DNA from: Octopus vulgaris
Taxonomy: Eukaryota
DNA length: 64,000 nt
Reading direction: 5' to 3'
Assembly: GCA_951406725.2 (NCBI GenBank)
Contig: OX597816.1
Span: forward strand, 140,120,001 to 140,184,000
Shown here: in pieces, positions 41,556-53,359 of the stretch
Numbering within the stretch: the stretch's first letter is position 1
How the letters are laid out: every line of letters starts with the position of its first letter
The notes under the pieces: model-generated
The model's database searches: none
What the model saw: the letters and a program-made list of their open reading frames with translations, nothing else
What the model was told of the DNA's origin: nothing
Position numbers and translations under genes: made by a program

Positions 41556-41770
41556 ATATTTCTTTATTGCCCAGAAGGGGCTAAACATAGAGGGGACAAA
41601 CAAAGACAGACAAAGGGATTAAGTCAACTACATCGACCCCAGTGCGTAACTTTATTTATCGACCCCGAAAGGATGAAAGGCAAAGTCGACCTCGACAGTG
41701 TTTGAACCCTAGAACGTACCGACAGACGAAATACTGCTGAGCATTTCGCCCGGCGTGTTAACGATTCGCT
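41556..41770 (-). mobile_element. SINE family B
   Basis: Reverse complement of 52459-52688; followed by (GATA)n at 41778-41923. Confidence 0.9.
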
Positions 41771-41776
41771 CATAGC

Positions 41777-41924
<148 letters not shown>

Positions 41925-42282
41925 TAAGTAAGATTCAACTGAATTAGGTACTTAAATTGAGTCATCTCGTTAGGTTGGAATAATATATACACACAACAAT
42001 ATTATATAAATATCAAACTTGGTACATAAGTACCGGTCGATTGATAATTTTTAAAAATTGTATTAGCAGCTTCGATGATAGAAAAAAGCATGAATAATTT
42101 TATAGTTTTGGTCCCATGGAACAAAAATTTGTACCAAAAGAGTTGTGAGGTAAACTATCATGAACAAATATAAGTAAGGGAAAAAATTGGATTTAAGTAT
42201 AATTAACTTTATTATTTTAAAAACAAAGTATATTTTAATTAAGCTTCAATGATAGAGCTCAATTCGAGGAATTTCATAGTAT

Positions 42283-42319
<37 letters not shown>

Positions 42320-42716
42320 ATGCACACACAGACACACACGCACTTACGAGAACAGACAATATGGATATAGCTCTGTTCTTGTATCTTTTTATGCATAATT
42401 TACCTTTGCTTGTCCACGCACACGGAAGCACACACATAAGCGCGCACAAAATATGCAAATACACAAACACACTCCACCTACTCACCCACAATTGTCATGG
42501 GCTTTCTAGATACTACATTTGTTGTCATCCCTAAAAATTTGTCTACTTTTTTCCCTGAAACTCCTTAACTTAAATCACCTATCTACAAGCAGACATATAC
42601 CACAAGTAGCTTAACTATTCTCTCAGCCAAAATCCAACAGGCTCTCTCGCGTCATGAAACCATACCTTATTCGCTACTTTAATCAACCTCTATTTTTCTG
42701 GTTCTTTCTTAATATC

Positions 42717-43228
42717 ACATGGAAAAATGCAAAATGAAAAATAATATTCTTAAGACTATAAACCTGGAAAAGTACAGGACAAGTTAATACACCTTTAAAA
42801 GTATAGGACAAACTATTGCTTCAAGTAAAGTAAAGAATTAGAAACTTTTACTTAAAATATTGCAGCAAAAAATACCAGTTCTTCTAATTTATCACTCTTT
42901 ACAGTTCTCATCTTTTAAATTTATTGTACAAAACTGTTCAGCTTATTTGTAAGTTTGTCTAATTAGTCACCTTGTTCTGTATTTAAGGTAATAAATTAGC
43001 CAAATTCTACTTAAATAAGTATAGTGTTATTTGTAAAAATAATAATATATTTTTTAATATTCAAATTTTAATTGCAGCTGCAATATTTTAAGTAAAAAGT
43101 TTCTTATTCTTTACTTTACTTGAAGTAATATTTTGTACAATACTTTTACAGGTGTAATAACTTGTCCTGTACTTTTCCAGGTTTATAATCTTAAAAATAT
43201 TACATTTCATGTTCGCATTTTTCCATGT
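42717..43228. mobile_element. MITE-like element with ~150-bp terminal inverted repeats
   Basis: 42717-42866 and 43077-43228 are imperfect reverse complements (acatggaaaaatgc...atattgcagc). Confidence 0.8.
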
Positions 43229-44384
43229 AATCCATGATTTTTCCAGGCATTGCTGTTATAAGATAATTAATAATGTGTCAATTAATTATTTAGGATTTTA
43301 CCTTATAAAATACTGGGTAGGGGGATACATTGGTTGCTATTTTTAGCGTGTCGAGCGACCAGGTAGAGGCTCTTTCATTGGTTTGATTGCGTGACGAAAT
43401 TTGTTTACACATATATGTATAATATGCATATATATCATCGACAGAAGTTAGAGAGTAAGTCAAAAGATGAGAGCTTTGTGTATTGGCGTTTATCAAACAC
43501 GAATTTGTCCATTGTCACTCTGTAACTTGTGACGAAATAACTTCTAAAATACAAAATTTTGTCAAAAACGTTAACCCTCTTGTATGTGACACATTATATC
43601 AATATCGGAAGTTTCAAAGTGTTTAGTTAAAAGAAAAGTAATTAAATAATCTGTACATCAAATTGAATAGATCCGAAATGGATAAAAAGTAAAGTCGACC
43701 ACGGTGGAATTTGAACTCAAAATCTAAACACAGGCGAAATACCGTTAAGCATTTCACCCAGCGAGATAACGTTTCTGCCAGCTCGTCGCCTTAAGACGTA
43801 AACATTTCCCATTAGCTTACCCGTGGTTCGAACAAACAAAACATCGGATATCTATCCAGATCTGATTCGTTGATAAGCAACATAGTTTTAGCTTTCCTTT
43901 GTAGTTACTCAGGTCTCGCCCTCTATTACATATCATGTCCTAGCCCTACTCACTCTGCCACCTCCTCACATATTATGTAGCTGTCATTGTACAGTCTCTC
44001 ACAATAACAATATGTGTGTGTGTGTGTATGAAACAATAACAAACAATTTATCTGTAATAAACTGCTTATACAATGGAGTGTGTTGTGTGAGAAAGCACTG
44101 AAGATTGTGAAATTCATAGTGAATCAAATGACAGGATATGGACGTTTTCATTGTTGACAAAAGTACAAGCTTTCTTACACCATACCGGCATACATGCTAA
44201 ATAACAATAGGAAATAAGTCTCCACAAAAATGTTCTTCTCTTCAATATCAAAACTGATAACGAATCCAATGGAAAGACTTTTTGATTGTTGACGAACCAC
44301 GACATAGGCTTTCTTTTTACCTCAGAGGTACCAAACAACAAGATAAACACCAACGAAAATCACCCCCCCTTTCGAGAGTTCCAA

Positions 44385-44900
44385 CACCTTAGGTCTAACA
44401 CCATCAATGTAGATAATGAAAGATAGGTATGGTTAGATTGTGAAGATAGTAGAGTAGAGACGCGTGATATGTGCAAGAGGCAAGATGGAAAGTATCCTCC
44501 GCCAAAACTCTTCATTAGCAATTAACAGGAATATAAATTCTAGTTAGTAAAAAGTGATTGGAAGGACGCTGTAGGCATTGTTAGCTGAGAAATGGATAGA
44601 AAAAATAAATGATGTAGATGGGGTGTTTGAGAGGATAATTAAGCTGAGAGAAGTTATAAAGAACTCAGTAGCATCGTTCATTTCCGCATACACCTACAAT
44701 TACAATCGACAGAAAACTACATTACTGTTTCAATGTGAGCTGAAACAACCTCAATGACGATCGTGGTTAGCTACTTTAACAGACATACTAGTTTACACTA
44801 CTATGGCGCTTATGATTTCCTTGGAGGCTATGGCTTTATTACAAAGAATGAAGAGTGTTTTAGGCTCTTGAAATTCTACAACCGAGCTAAAATTTTGGAA
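44385..44900 (+). pseudogene. Apurinic-like endonuclease fragment of an RTE-type LINE, highly decayed
   Basis: Motifs TINV, ERII.L...FISAY and VV.YFN.H...GGYG...KNEE..RLL.F. Confidence 0.6.
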
Positions 44901-44910
44901 CTCACACTTC

Positions 44911-44911
<1 letters not shown>

Positions 44912-44972
<61 letters not shown>

Positions 44973-45286
44973 CTGTCACTCCGTCGGTTACAATGACACG
45001 GGCTGCAGTTGATCCGGAAAAGCCTGCATGTGAAATTATCGTGCGAGTGATTGAACATTCCAAAGACACGTGTACTCTTTACGTAGTTTTCAGGGAGATT
45101 CAGCGTGACACAGAATGTGACTAGGCTGTCCCTTTGAAATACAGGTACTTCTCATATTTTCCAATTGAACGAAGTGGAACAACGTGGAATAAAATATCTT
45201 GCTCAAGGACACAATTCACCGACGGAAATTGAACTCACGACCTCATGATCATGAGCTAAATACCCCAACCACTAAGTCATGCGCCA
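44912..45286 (-). mobile_element. tRNA-derived SINE, family C, with (TTTC)n tail
   Basis: Minus strand reads ggcgcatgacttagtggtt (A box), gtgagttcaatttcc (B box), tgtgtccttgagcaaga. Confidence 0.75.
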
Positions 45287-45359
45287 TCGCGTACCTCGTC
45301 ACCTGCCAGCCTGGCGAAGACACAGCGTATCGCGAAGGCCTGGTTGGAGGCCTAACCTT

Positions 45360-45511
45360 CCGAGTTCTTTTACAGGGCTTAGGAAAACTGAAGGGCCGCT
45401 ACAATAAGTGTGTGAACCTGAGAGGGGAATATGTTAGATGAAATCATAATTAACTGATCTTCTTGTATTTTCTTTTAACCAAAGCCAGGAACTTTTCAGC
45501 ACCCCTTGTAT
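45360..45511 (+). mobile_element. mariner-derived 3' end with TIR
   Basis: Peptide R..KCV.L.GEYV followed by aagccaggaacttttcagcacccctt-gta. Confidence 0.65.
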
Positions 45512-45935
45512 AGGCGCAGGAGTGGCTGTGTGGTAAGTAGCTTGCTAACCAACCACATGGTTCCGGGTTCAGTCCCACTGCGTGGCACCTTGGGCAAGTG
45601 TCTTCTGCTATAGCCCCGGGCCGACCAATGCCTTGTGAGTGGATTTGGTAGACGGAAACTGAAAGAAGCCCGTCGTATATATGTATATATATATGTGTGT
45701 GCGTGTATGTTTGTGTGTCTGTGTCTGTCCCCCTAGTATTGTTTGACAACCGATGCTGGTGTGTTTACGTCCCCGTCACTTAGCGGTTCGGCAAAAGAGA
45801 CCGATAGAATAAGTACTGGGCTTACAAAAGAATAAGTCCCGGGGTCGAGTTGCTCGATTAAAGGCGGTGCTCCAGCATGGCCGCAGTCAAATGACTGAAA
45901 CAAGTAAAAGAGTAAAAGAGTAAAAGAGTAAGAGT
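45512..45935 (+). mobile_element. tRNA-derived SINE, family A, young full-length copy
   Basis: A box tggctgtgtgg, B box gggttcagtccc, internal (TA/TG)n and tail (gtaaaaga)n; at least seven related copies occur in the window. Confidence 0.92.
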
Positions 45936-46308
45936 ATACGTAGAATAGAAAAGTGTTTGTTTATGCATTATCTGTTATATTTTATAGAATAATATCTGAC
46001 CTTTTATTTAAATTGTGATTTTCATCGACAGTTTATACATCATTAGTCCCAGGTTTCTAGAAGTGTTAAGTTTTGCAGGGTTCATATTTTGTACATTTTA
46101 TGCATTAATTTCAGAGTGCACATTCCTCACTGAATCTTGGATTGAATGTGACGGTTTTCATCCGTATTTCTTTTCAATTTTTGTGGTGGGCGGGACGAAA
46201 TTCTCTGGAACTATTATAGCTGTTTCTTTATTTATAAGAGGTATCAATCATTAACAGTACGGACATTTGTAATATGTCAAGTGCATAAAATATTTTTTTT
46301 CTTTCATT

Positions 46309-46705
46309 AAGGAAGCAATGTGGCAGAATCATTAGCGCGTGGACAAAATGTTTGGCGACATTTCTCACGGCACATTACGTTCTGAGCTGAAATTTCATCT
46401 TCGTAAACTTGTCTTCCATCTCTCCAGAGCCGATAAAATAAAGCACCAATTAAAACCTGGGGTCGATGTAATCGACTTAATCCGTTTGTCTGTCCTTGTT
46501 TGTCCAATCTGTGTTTAGCCCCTTGTGGGTAGCAAAGAAATAGGTATTTCGTCTACCGCTACGTCTTAGTTCAAATTCCGTCGAGATTGACTTTTCCTTT
46601 CATCCTTTCGAGGTCGATAAATTAAGTACCAGTTGCGCACTGGGTCGATCTAATCGAGTGGCCCCCTCCCCCAAAATTTCAGGCCTTGTGCCTATAGAAG
46701 AAAGG

Positions 46706-46710
<5 letters not shown>
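46309..46710 (+). mobile_element. SINE family B, dimeric
   Basis: Two consecutive family-B bodies; the second lacks the head. Confidence 0.8.
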
Positions 46711-46767
<57 letters not shown>

Positions 46768-46870
46768 GCCGAGGTCGATTTTACTTCCATCCTTTCGGGG
46801 TTGATAAAACATGTACTAATCGACTCATCCACTCCACCAAAATGGCTACTCTTGTGGCAAAATTTGAAAC

Positions 46871-46946
<76 letters not shown>

Positions 46947-48359
46947 TGCGGGAGCTACAATACTAGGTCATGCAAAGACCAAAAATATAACAATCGCAAT
47001 GACGAATGTAATAACGCCGATAGAACACAAACCAATAGCATCGCCTATAGCAATAACAACAGTGACAATAGCAAGGATTCCTTCGCTGAAATAATCTTCT
47101 TGAGGGAACTATACAGGCTCTTCCTATAGGATAAGCGAACAAAATTAGAAGTCGTCACCAGATTTTGTGAAACTGAAAGTAGAATACAGGGCTTGTGCAT
47201 ACTAGAAAGACTGTTATATATCGCTGTATGAGATTAACAACACGTCAACTAGAGACGGTCACAACTCACGAGCAGAACGAATTATCTACGATATATTGCA
47301 GGATATCGAATATATATCAAGGGTGACATAGTTCAGCGGGGTTGAATTTCTATTTAAGACTGAGACTTTCACAATGCAACATTCGTTTGTCACAACATGG
47401 ACTTCACTCTCCTCCTCCATCTTATTTGGGAAGAAAGGCAGTAAAGGAAACATTATCAGGATTGCTGGTGGATATTAGCATGCATAGTGATGGAAGGGAG
47501 TTAAGTGAACTAGGCGTGAAAACTGGGTTGGGGCCAAGACTGTAGTCTGAGCATAAGGAGAGGACTGTTGACCTCATATCCCTGCCGATTGGGACGAAAT
47601 TACTTGTAATTTTGGAGGGCAGGAGACCAAGATATATATACACACAAACATACATACTAAATTATTATATAGATGCAAATTAAGTGGCGACAAAAGTATA
47701 TCATACAATGGTGCTGTGAATAAAGAGAACTTGACCAGACAGCACTGAGTTAAATATAGACAACACCCTGTTATTGATTGCATGCATACATATCAGTTAA
47801 AGGGAATATTGGGACAACATTCCCTGAAAACATCCACTAGATGTAAATACAACAAGTCCGCTACAAATGTTTGATACAAGAGAAAAATCATGTCCATCCA
47901 TAGGTCATAGTGGTCAGCTACCCTGAAGATGTAAATACCGGTGAGAAGAAGAATGTTTATGAACGACTGCCTCGAATCTGCAGTTTCTCAATCCTGATTA
48001 TATAAAAACATGAAGTATGATTATTTAAAAGATTTGAGATATCTTACGATCGTCTCATGATTGTATTATCCTTTGAAATGAAATCCAAAATTGATAATCA
48101 TTATTAAGTAGAGAAAAGGATGAATTTCCGTGTAGTTAATCGAATGAGAGATATGCCATTTAAAAACGTATGATAAAGAGGTTGTTTAAAAAATTACTGG
48201 CATAGATATGCATTAGTACAATCTTGGGCTAAAAGTTTTGAAGAAATAATATAGATCCGTGGTAAAATCCCTTGTAGCAATCCATAATGGCTGTGTGTAG
48301 ATAGAAGTCCCATAAAACCATTCTCTTCAATATGTAATCCACAAATGCAGAAAATAAAA

Positions 48360-49660
48360 GTGATTTCTTTATTACCCACAAGGGGCGAACAGAGGAAATA
48401 ACACAAAATGTGTGGGGACAAAAAGCGAATGAAAGAAAAATGAAATGAAAATGAAAAGATGAATGAAGCCTTTCGGCCCCCACCTTAAACGCAATCAAAT
48501 TCCATCTGCGTTTTTCTTTGTGTCGGTGGGGTGTCGGGAGGTTTGGCGTCTATAGGGAGAGGATGGAGCAAAGTGGGTGTAGGTCGACATCCACAGGATG
48601 TACCTTTTCTTCTTTTTCTATTTTTCCTTCAGACCGTTTCCCAATCATTCTCTTCGTTGTTTGCTCTTTCATCAGCACTTAAGTTTTCTTTTGTTGGCGC
48701 TGGAGGTGTGACTTCCTCCCTGCTCATAGGCCCTTCTTGGGTTTTTTTAGGTGGCGGAGGACAGAACGTTTTAATGTGGCCTTTTAGGCCACACTCATAC
48801 CAACGCGGGGTTCTGCCCTCCACTCTCTGACCCTGATTATCAAATCTTCTATAGATATAGTTTCTATTATATTTTCAAGGTTCTCCGGAGCCGCTTGGAT
48901 AATTATATCCAGGCTCTGCTCTTGCCAATACTTATGAGCTGTTTTTGTGGCTTGGAGGACCACTATCTTATCTTCAATGCCCAGCAGTATGGCAGCTATT
49001 AGCCAGGCTACGACAATCTCTGGTGGTACATCTACCCTAATCCTGGAAGCACGTCTCCTAAGGTATATTAGTAGAAGTACCACTTCTGTCTTTAAAGGGG
49101 CTGTCGAGTGTAACCTGGCAGTAGCTACCTTTCGGAAGCGCGCCTCCACTGTTCCGAACATCCTTTCTCTGGCAAGGTACTAAATCCCTTGCCAGATTGG
49201 CTTCAAGGCGTTTTCTACTTGATTGGTCGTCATTATTTCGATTTTCTTTGTTTTCATGGAGTACGTTCTATATATTATAGTTTTCTCCTTGGTTGCTTTC
49301 AAAATTTCTTAGGGAGGGAATACCTTTACGTCGCACCCCTCCCTACAAAATATGTTCTTATATTTACTCAGTTTGGTTAGTTCGACTTCGTTGCTGTTGC
49401 TCTTGGCGACAGCCGCAAAATCTCTTTTCTTTACCTACTCCTCCATTACTTCGACAGACCTCAGAAGACGTAAGCTCCGAGGAGGTGAGGCTTTCATACT
49501 CCATCGTTAATACTTGTGCTCCCCACATCTTCGAAGGGGGAAAGCGTCGACAGATTGCTATAAGGCAGTAAAACAAGTGTAACAAAGTGTTTTAAAAAAC
49601 TCGAAACGATTTTAACAATAAATGATTCAACAAAATAACGCTCACGTACGTCAATGCTTA
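48360..49660 (-). mobile_element. ORF1-only (HAL1-like) retroelement, unit 1 (divergent subfamily, disrupted ORF)
   Basis: 5' agcattgacgtacgtgagcgttattttgttgaatc; zinc knuckle VEGRTPRWYECGLKGHIKTFCP; 3' gccccttgtgggtaataaagaaat; no RT or endonuclease. Confidence 0.8.
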
Positions 49661-51321
49661 ATTATTTACTACCCACTAGGGGCGACATAGAGGGGACACT
49701 ACAAAACATTGGGGGCACAGAACATAACAATCAAAATTATGGAAAATGAATTTTTAAATGAAAATGATAATATGAAAGTGATGCTAACGGCCCCATCCGT
49801 TAGCATCGCTTACCTGTCCTTTGGTTTTTACTTCCACACAAATATTCCTCTTTCAGTTCCAATCACGAAACCATTCATCTCCATTCTTACTTCAAAATAC
49901 TCCTCCAATTCTCTCACGGTTTCTTCAATCATTCTCGTCTCTTTCACTTCCCAATTCTCCCTTTCACACTTTGTCATAAAATCATCTATTCTCTCCTTTT
50001 CAATCACTGCATACCTGATCTGACCTATTTCATACCATTTATACTCCTCCATTGCCTTTTTAATTTATTTCTTTCCTGTGAAAATTAAAATATTTGGCCT
50101 GGGTTCGTTTTTTCCGCCCTGATTATGCGTGTCCTTTTTTTGTTTTCTTGTTGGAGGGGAGCGGGTGGGTTCACTGTCTGCAGGGAGTGGGTGGGACTCA
50201 GAGGGTGTGGGTTGTGTTGGGATGGGTTGGGGTTCCATACTGTTCAACTTTCTCCCTCTCTTTCTTTTTTTCTTTTCCTCCACCCATTCGTTTTTGGCCT
50301 CCTCTCCTGTTGTTTCACACTCCACTTCTTCTTTATTTTCTTCTTCTCCTTGTGTCTCCATAACAGTTTCCTTTGGTGGGAGAGGACAGTAAGCTCTTAT
50401 GTGGCCCCTCAGGCCACATTTATAGCATCTTGGTGCTCTGCCCTCCACCCACACTCTCATGACAATGTTTCCCATATTAATGTTATCTGTCATTCCTTCA
50501 ATTGCACTCTCCTCCGCTTGAACACTCATTTCCAGCGTCTTTCCACGCCATCCTTCACTCTTTACAGTAGCCTGTAAGATGTCTACCTCTTCTTCGATGC
50601 CTTTTATAACTGCTGCGGTGACCCATTCGCCTTCTATGTGGGGGGGGGGGTATCCCCTCCGTCCTTATCTTTGTTGTTCTCTTATTCCTATACGTTGGTA
50701 GTAAATATACTTTTTCTGTCTTTAACGCCTTGGCTGCCATTCTTCTTGCCATACTTTTACTTCCATACTGTACCATTATCGTACCATATTCAATTCCTCT
50801 GACCACAAACACAATTTCCTCCTCCACTCTTCTTAAGTCCTCCTCTATGTCTTCCATCTTTACTGTTTCCACTCTTTTGTTATCTTTTACGAATGTTCTG
50901 TATTTTATGACTCTTTCTTCAAACCATTCGGTACGCTTTTCTGGCGGTAACAGTTTCACTTCGCCTCCCTCCTTCGTCATGTATGCTTGATAGCCTGGTA
51001 ACTTTTCCAGGTCTATCTTTTTTTCGTCTGTTTTTCTTGCTGCTCCCGCGTACGTTTTACCAACCTTAACGTCTATTTTCTTTACGGCATCAGTCAACTC
51101 GTCCTCGGAGTTGATCGATACCTCCGATAGACTTTCGAAAAGTCTTTCTTCGTCCATCTCTCCCATTAGGGAGGGGCAGTCCATCTCGTTTTATCTGTCT
51201 CAATACAGACAGACAACGGCCGACAGCCCAACAACAGTGTAACAAGGTCGCGCGAAAAATCCGTATAACAAAACGTACAATAAACGATTCAACAAAATAA
51301 CGCTCACGTACGTCAATGCTG
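49661..51321 (-). mobile_element. ORF1-only (HAL1-like) retroelement, unit 2; ORF 51184-49828 (~450 codons) with one frameshift (G run ~50640) and one stop (50065)
   Basis: CCHC knuckle CYKCGLRGHIRAYC; same 5' motif as unit 1; 3' gtcccctctatgtcgcccctagtgggtagtaaataat. Confidence 0.85.
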
Positions 51322-53221
51322 ATTTATTTACTACCCACTAGGGGCGACATAGAGGGGACACTACAAAACATTGGGGACATAGAACATAGCAATTAAAATT
51401 ATGGAAAATGAATTTTTAAATGAAAAATGATAATATGAAAGTGATGCTAACGGCCCCATCCGTTAGCATCACTTACCTGTCCTTTGGTTTTCACTTCCAC
51501 ATAAATATTCCACGTTCACTTCCAATAATAAAACCATTCATCTCCATTCTTACTTCAAAATACTCCTCCATATGTCCCATGGTTTCTTCACTCATTCTCG
51601 TCTCTTTCACCTCCCAATTCTCCCTTTCACACTTTGTCATAAACTCATCCATTCTCTCCTTTTCAATCACTGCATACCTGGTCTCACATATTTCATACCA
51701 ATTACACTACTCCATTGCCCCTTCAACCTCCCTCCCTCCTGTCAAAGTTAAAATGTTTGGCCTGGGCTCGTCCTCCGCGTCCCGTCTCTGCGCGTCCCCC
51801 CTTTGCTTTCTTGTTGGAGGGGAGCGGGTGGGCTCACTGTCTGCAGGGAGTGGGTGGGACTCAGAGGGTGTGGGCGGTGTTGGGGTGAGTTGGGGGCTCA
51901 ACATTGTTCAACCCTCTCCCTCTCTTTCCCCCCTTTCCCTCCTCCACCCACTCGTTCCGGGCCTCCCCCTCTGCGCCTTCACACTCCTCCTCCTTACCTT
52001 CCTCCTCCCTCTGCGTCTCCACAACAGTGGTGGGGGAGGGCAGTAAGCTCGTATGTGGCCCCTCAGGCCACACTTATAGCACCTTGGTGCTCTGCCCTCC
52101 ACCCATACTCTCATGGCAACACTTCCCATGTCAATATTATCTGCTACTCCCTCAATTGCCCCCCTCCTCCGCCCGAATACTCATTCCCAGCGTCCCTCCA
52201 TGCCATCCTTCACTTCTTACAGCAGCCCGCAACATGTCCACCTTCTCCTCCATGTCCTTTACAACCGCTGCCGCGACCCACTCGCCCTCCCTGTGGAGGG
52301 GGGCATCCCCTCCACCCCCATCCCTGCTGTTCTCCCACTGAAACACGTTGGTAGCAAATATACCTCTTCCGTCTTCAACGCCTTGGCCGCCATTCCTCCT
52401 GCCACACTTCCACTTCCGAACCGTACCATCATCGAACCGTACTCAATTCCTCCGACCAAGGCGGCGAGCTGGCAGAAACGTTAGCACGCCGGGCGAAATG
52501 CGTAGCCGTATTTCGTCTGTCGTTACGTTCCGAGTTCAAATTCCGCCGAGGTCGACTTTGCCTTTCATCCTTTCGGGGTCGATAAATTAAGTACCAGTTG
52601 CGTACTGGGGTCGATGTAATCGATTTAATCCCTTTGTCTGTCCTCGTTTGTCCCCTCTGTGTTTAGCCCCTTGTGGGTAGTTAAGAAATCAATTCCTCCG
52701 ACCACGAACACAACTTCCTCCCCCACTCCTCCCAACGCCTCCTCTATGTCTTCCATCTCCACCGCTTCCACTCCCTTGCTATCCTTCACGAATGTTCTGC
52801 ATTTCATGACTCCTTCTTCAAACCACTCGGTACGCCCCCCTCCTGGCGGTAACAGTTTCACCCCGCCTCCCTCCTTCGTCACACAAGCTTGCTAGCCCGG
52901 CAACTCTTCCAGGTCCATCTCTCTATCTACCGTTCCTCCTGCAGCTCCCGCGCACGTTCCACCAACCTCCACGTCTACCCTCTTTACGACATCAATCAGC
53001 TCGTCCTCAGAGGTCGACACCTCCGATAGACATTCGAAAAGTCCTTCTTCGTCCATCCCACCCATTAGGGGGGGGCAGTCCATCTCCCTTTGTCTGTCTC
53101 AACACAGACAGACAACGGCCGACAGCCCAACAACAGTGCAACAAGGTCGCGCGAAAAATCCGTATAACAAAACGTACAATAAACGATTCAGCAAAATAAC
53201 ACTCACGTACGTCAATGCTGC
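51322..53221 (-). mobile_element. ORF1-only (HAL1-like) retroelement, unit 3; A-to-G hypermutated and interrupted by a SINE
   Basis: Colinear with unit 2. Differences are dominated by T>C on the plus strand (A>G in sense). Confidence 0.88.
52459..52688 (+). mobile_element. SINE family B, young copy with 16-bp TSD
   Basis: TSD tcaattcctccgacca at 52443-52458 and 52689-52704; A/B boxes present. The central gcctttcatcctttcggggtcgataaattaagtaccag resembles the MetaSINE core domain (from memory). Confidence 0.93.
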
Positions 53222-53359
53222 GCAGAAAATAAAATTTTTGCTTTTATAGTTATATATACAAAAACTGGAAGATATCATTAATATATTTTATGCAAATGTA
53301 AAAATAGCCGTGTACTGACCCAATATAGAGTAAATTAATGTATTATATTTAAATCATTA

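Noticed and set aside
51420-52484. Long plus-strand ORFs (51420-52046, 51803-52354, 51904-52341 and counterparts at 49709-50577)
   Set aside because: They are antisense shadows of the ORF1 units; T>C hypermutation removes plus-strand stop codons.
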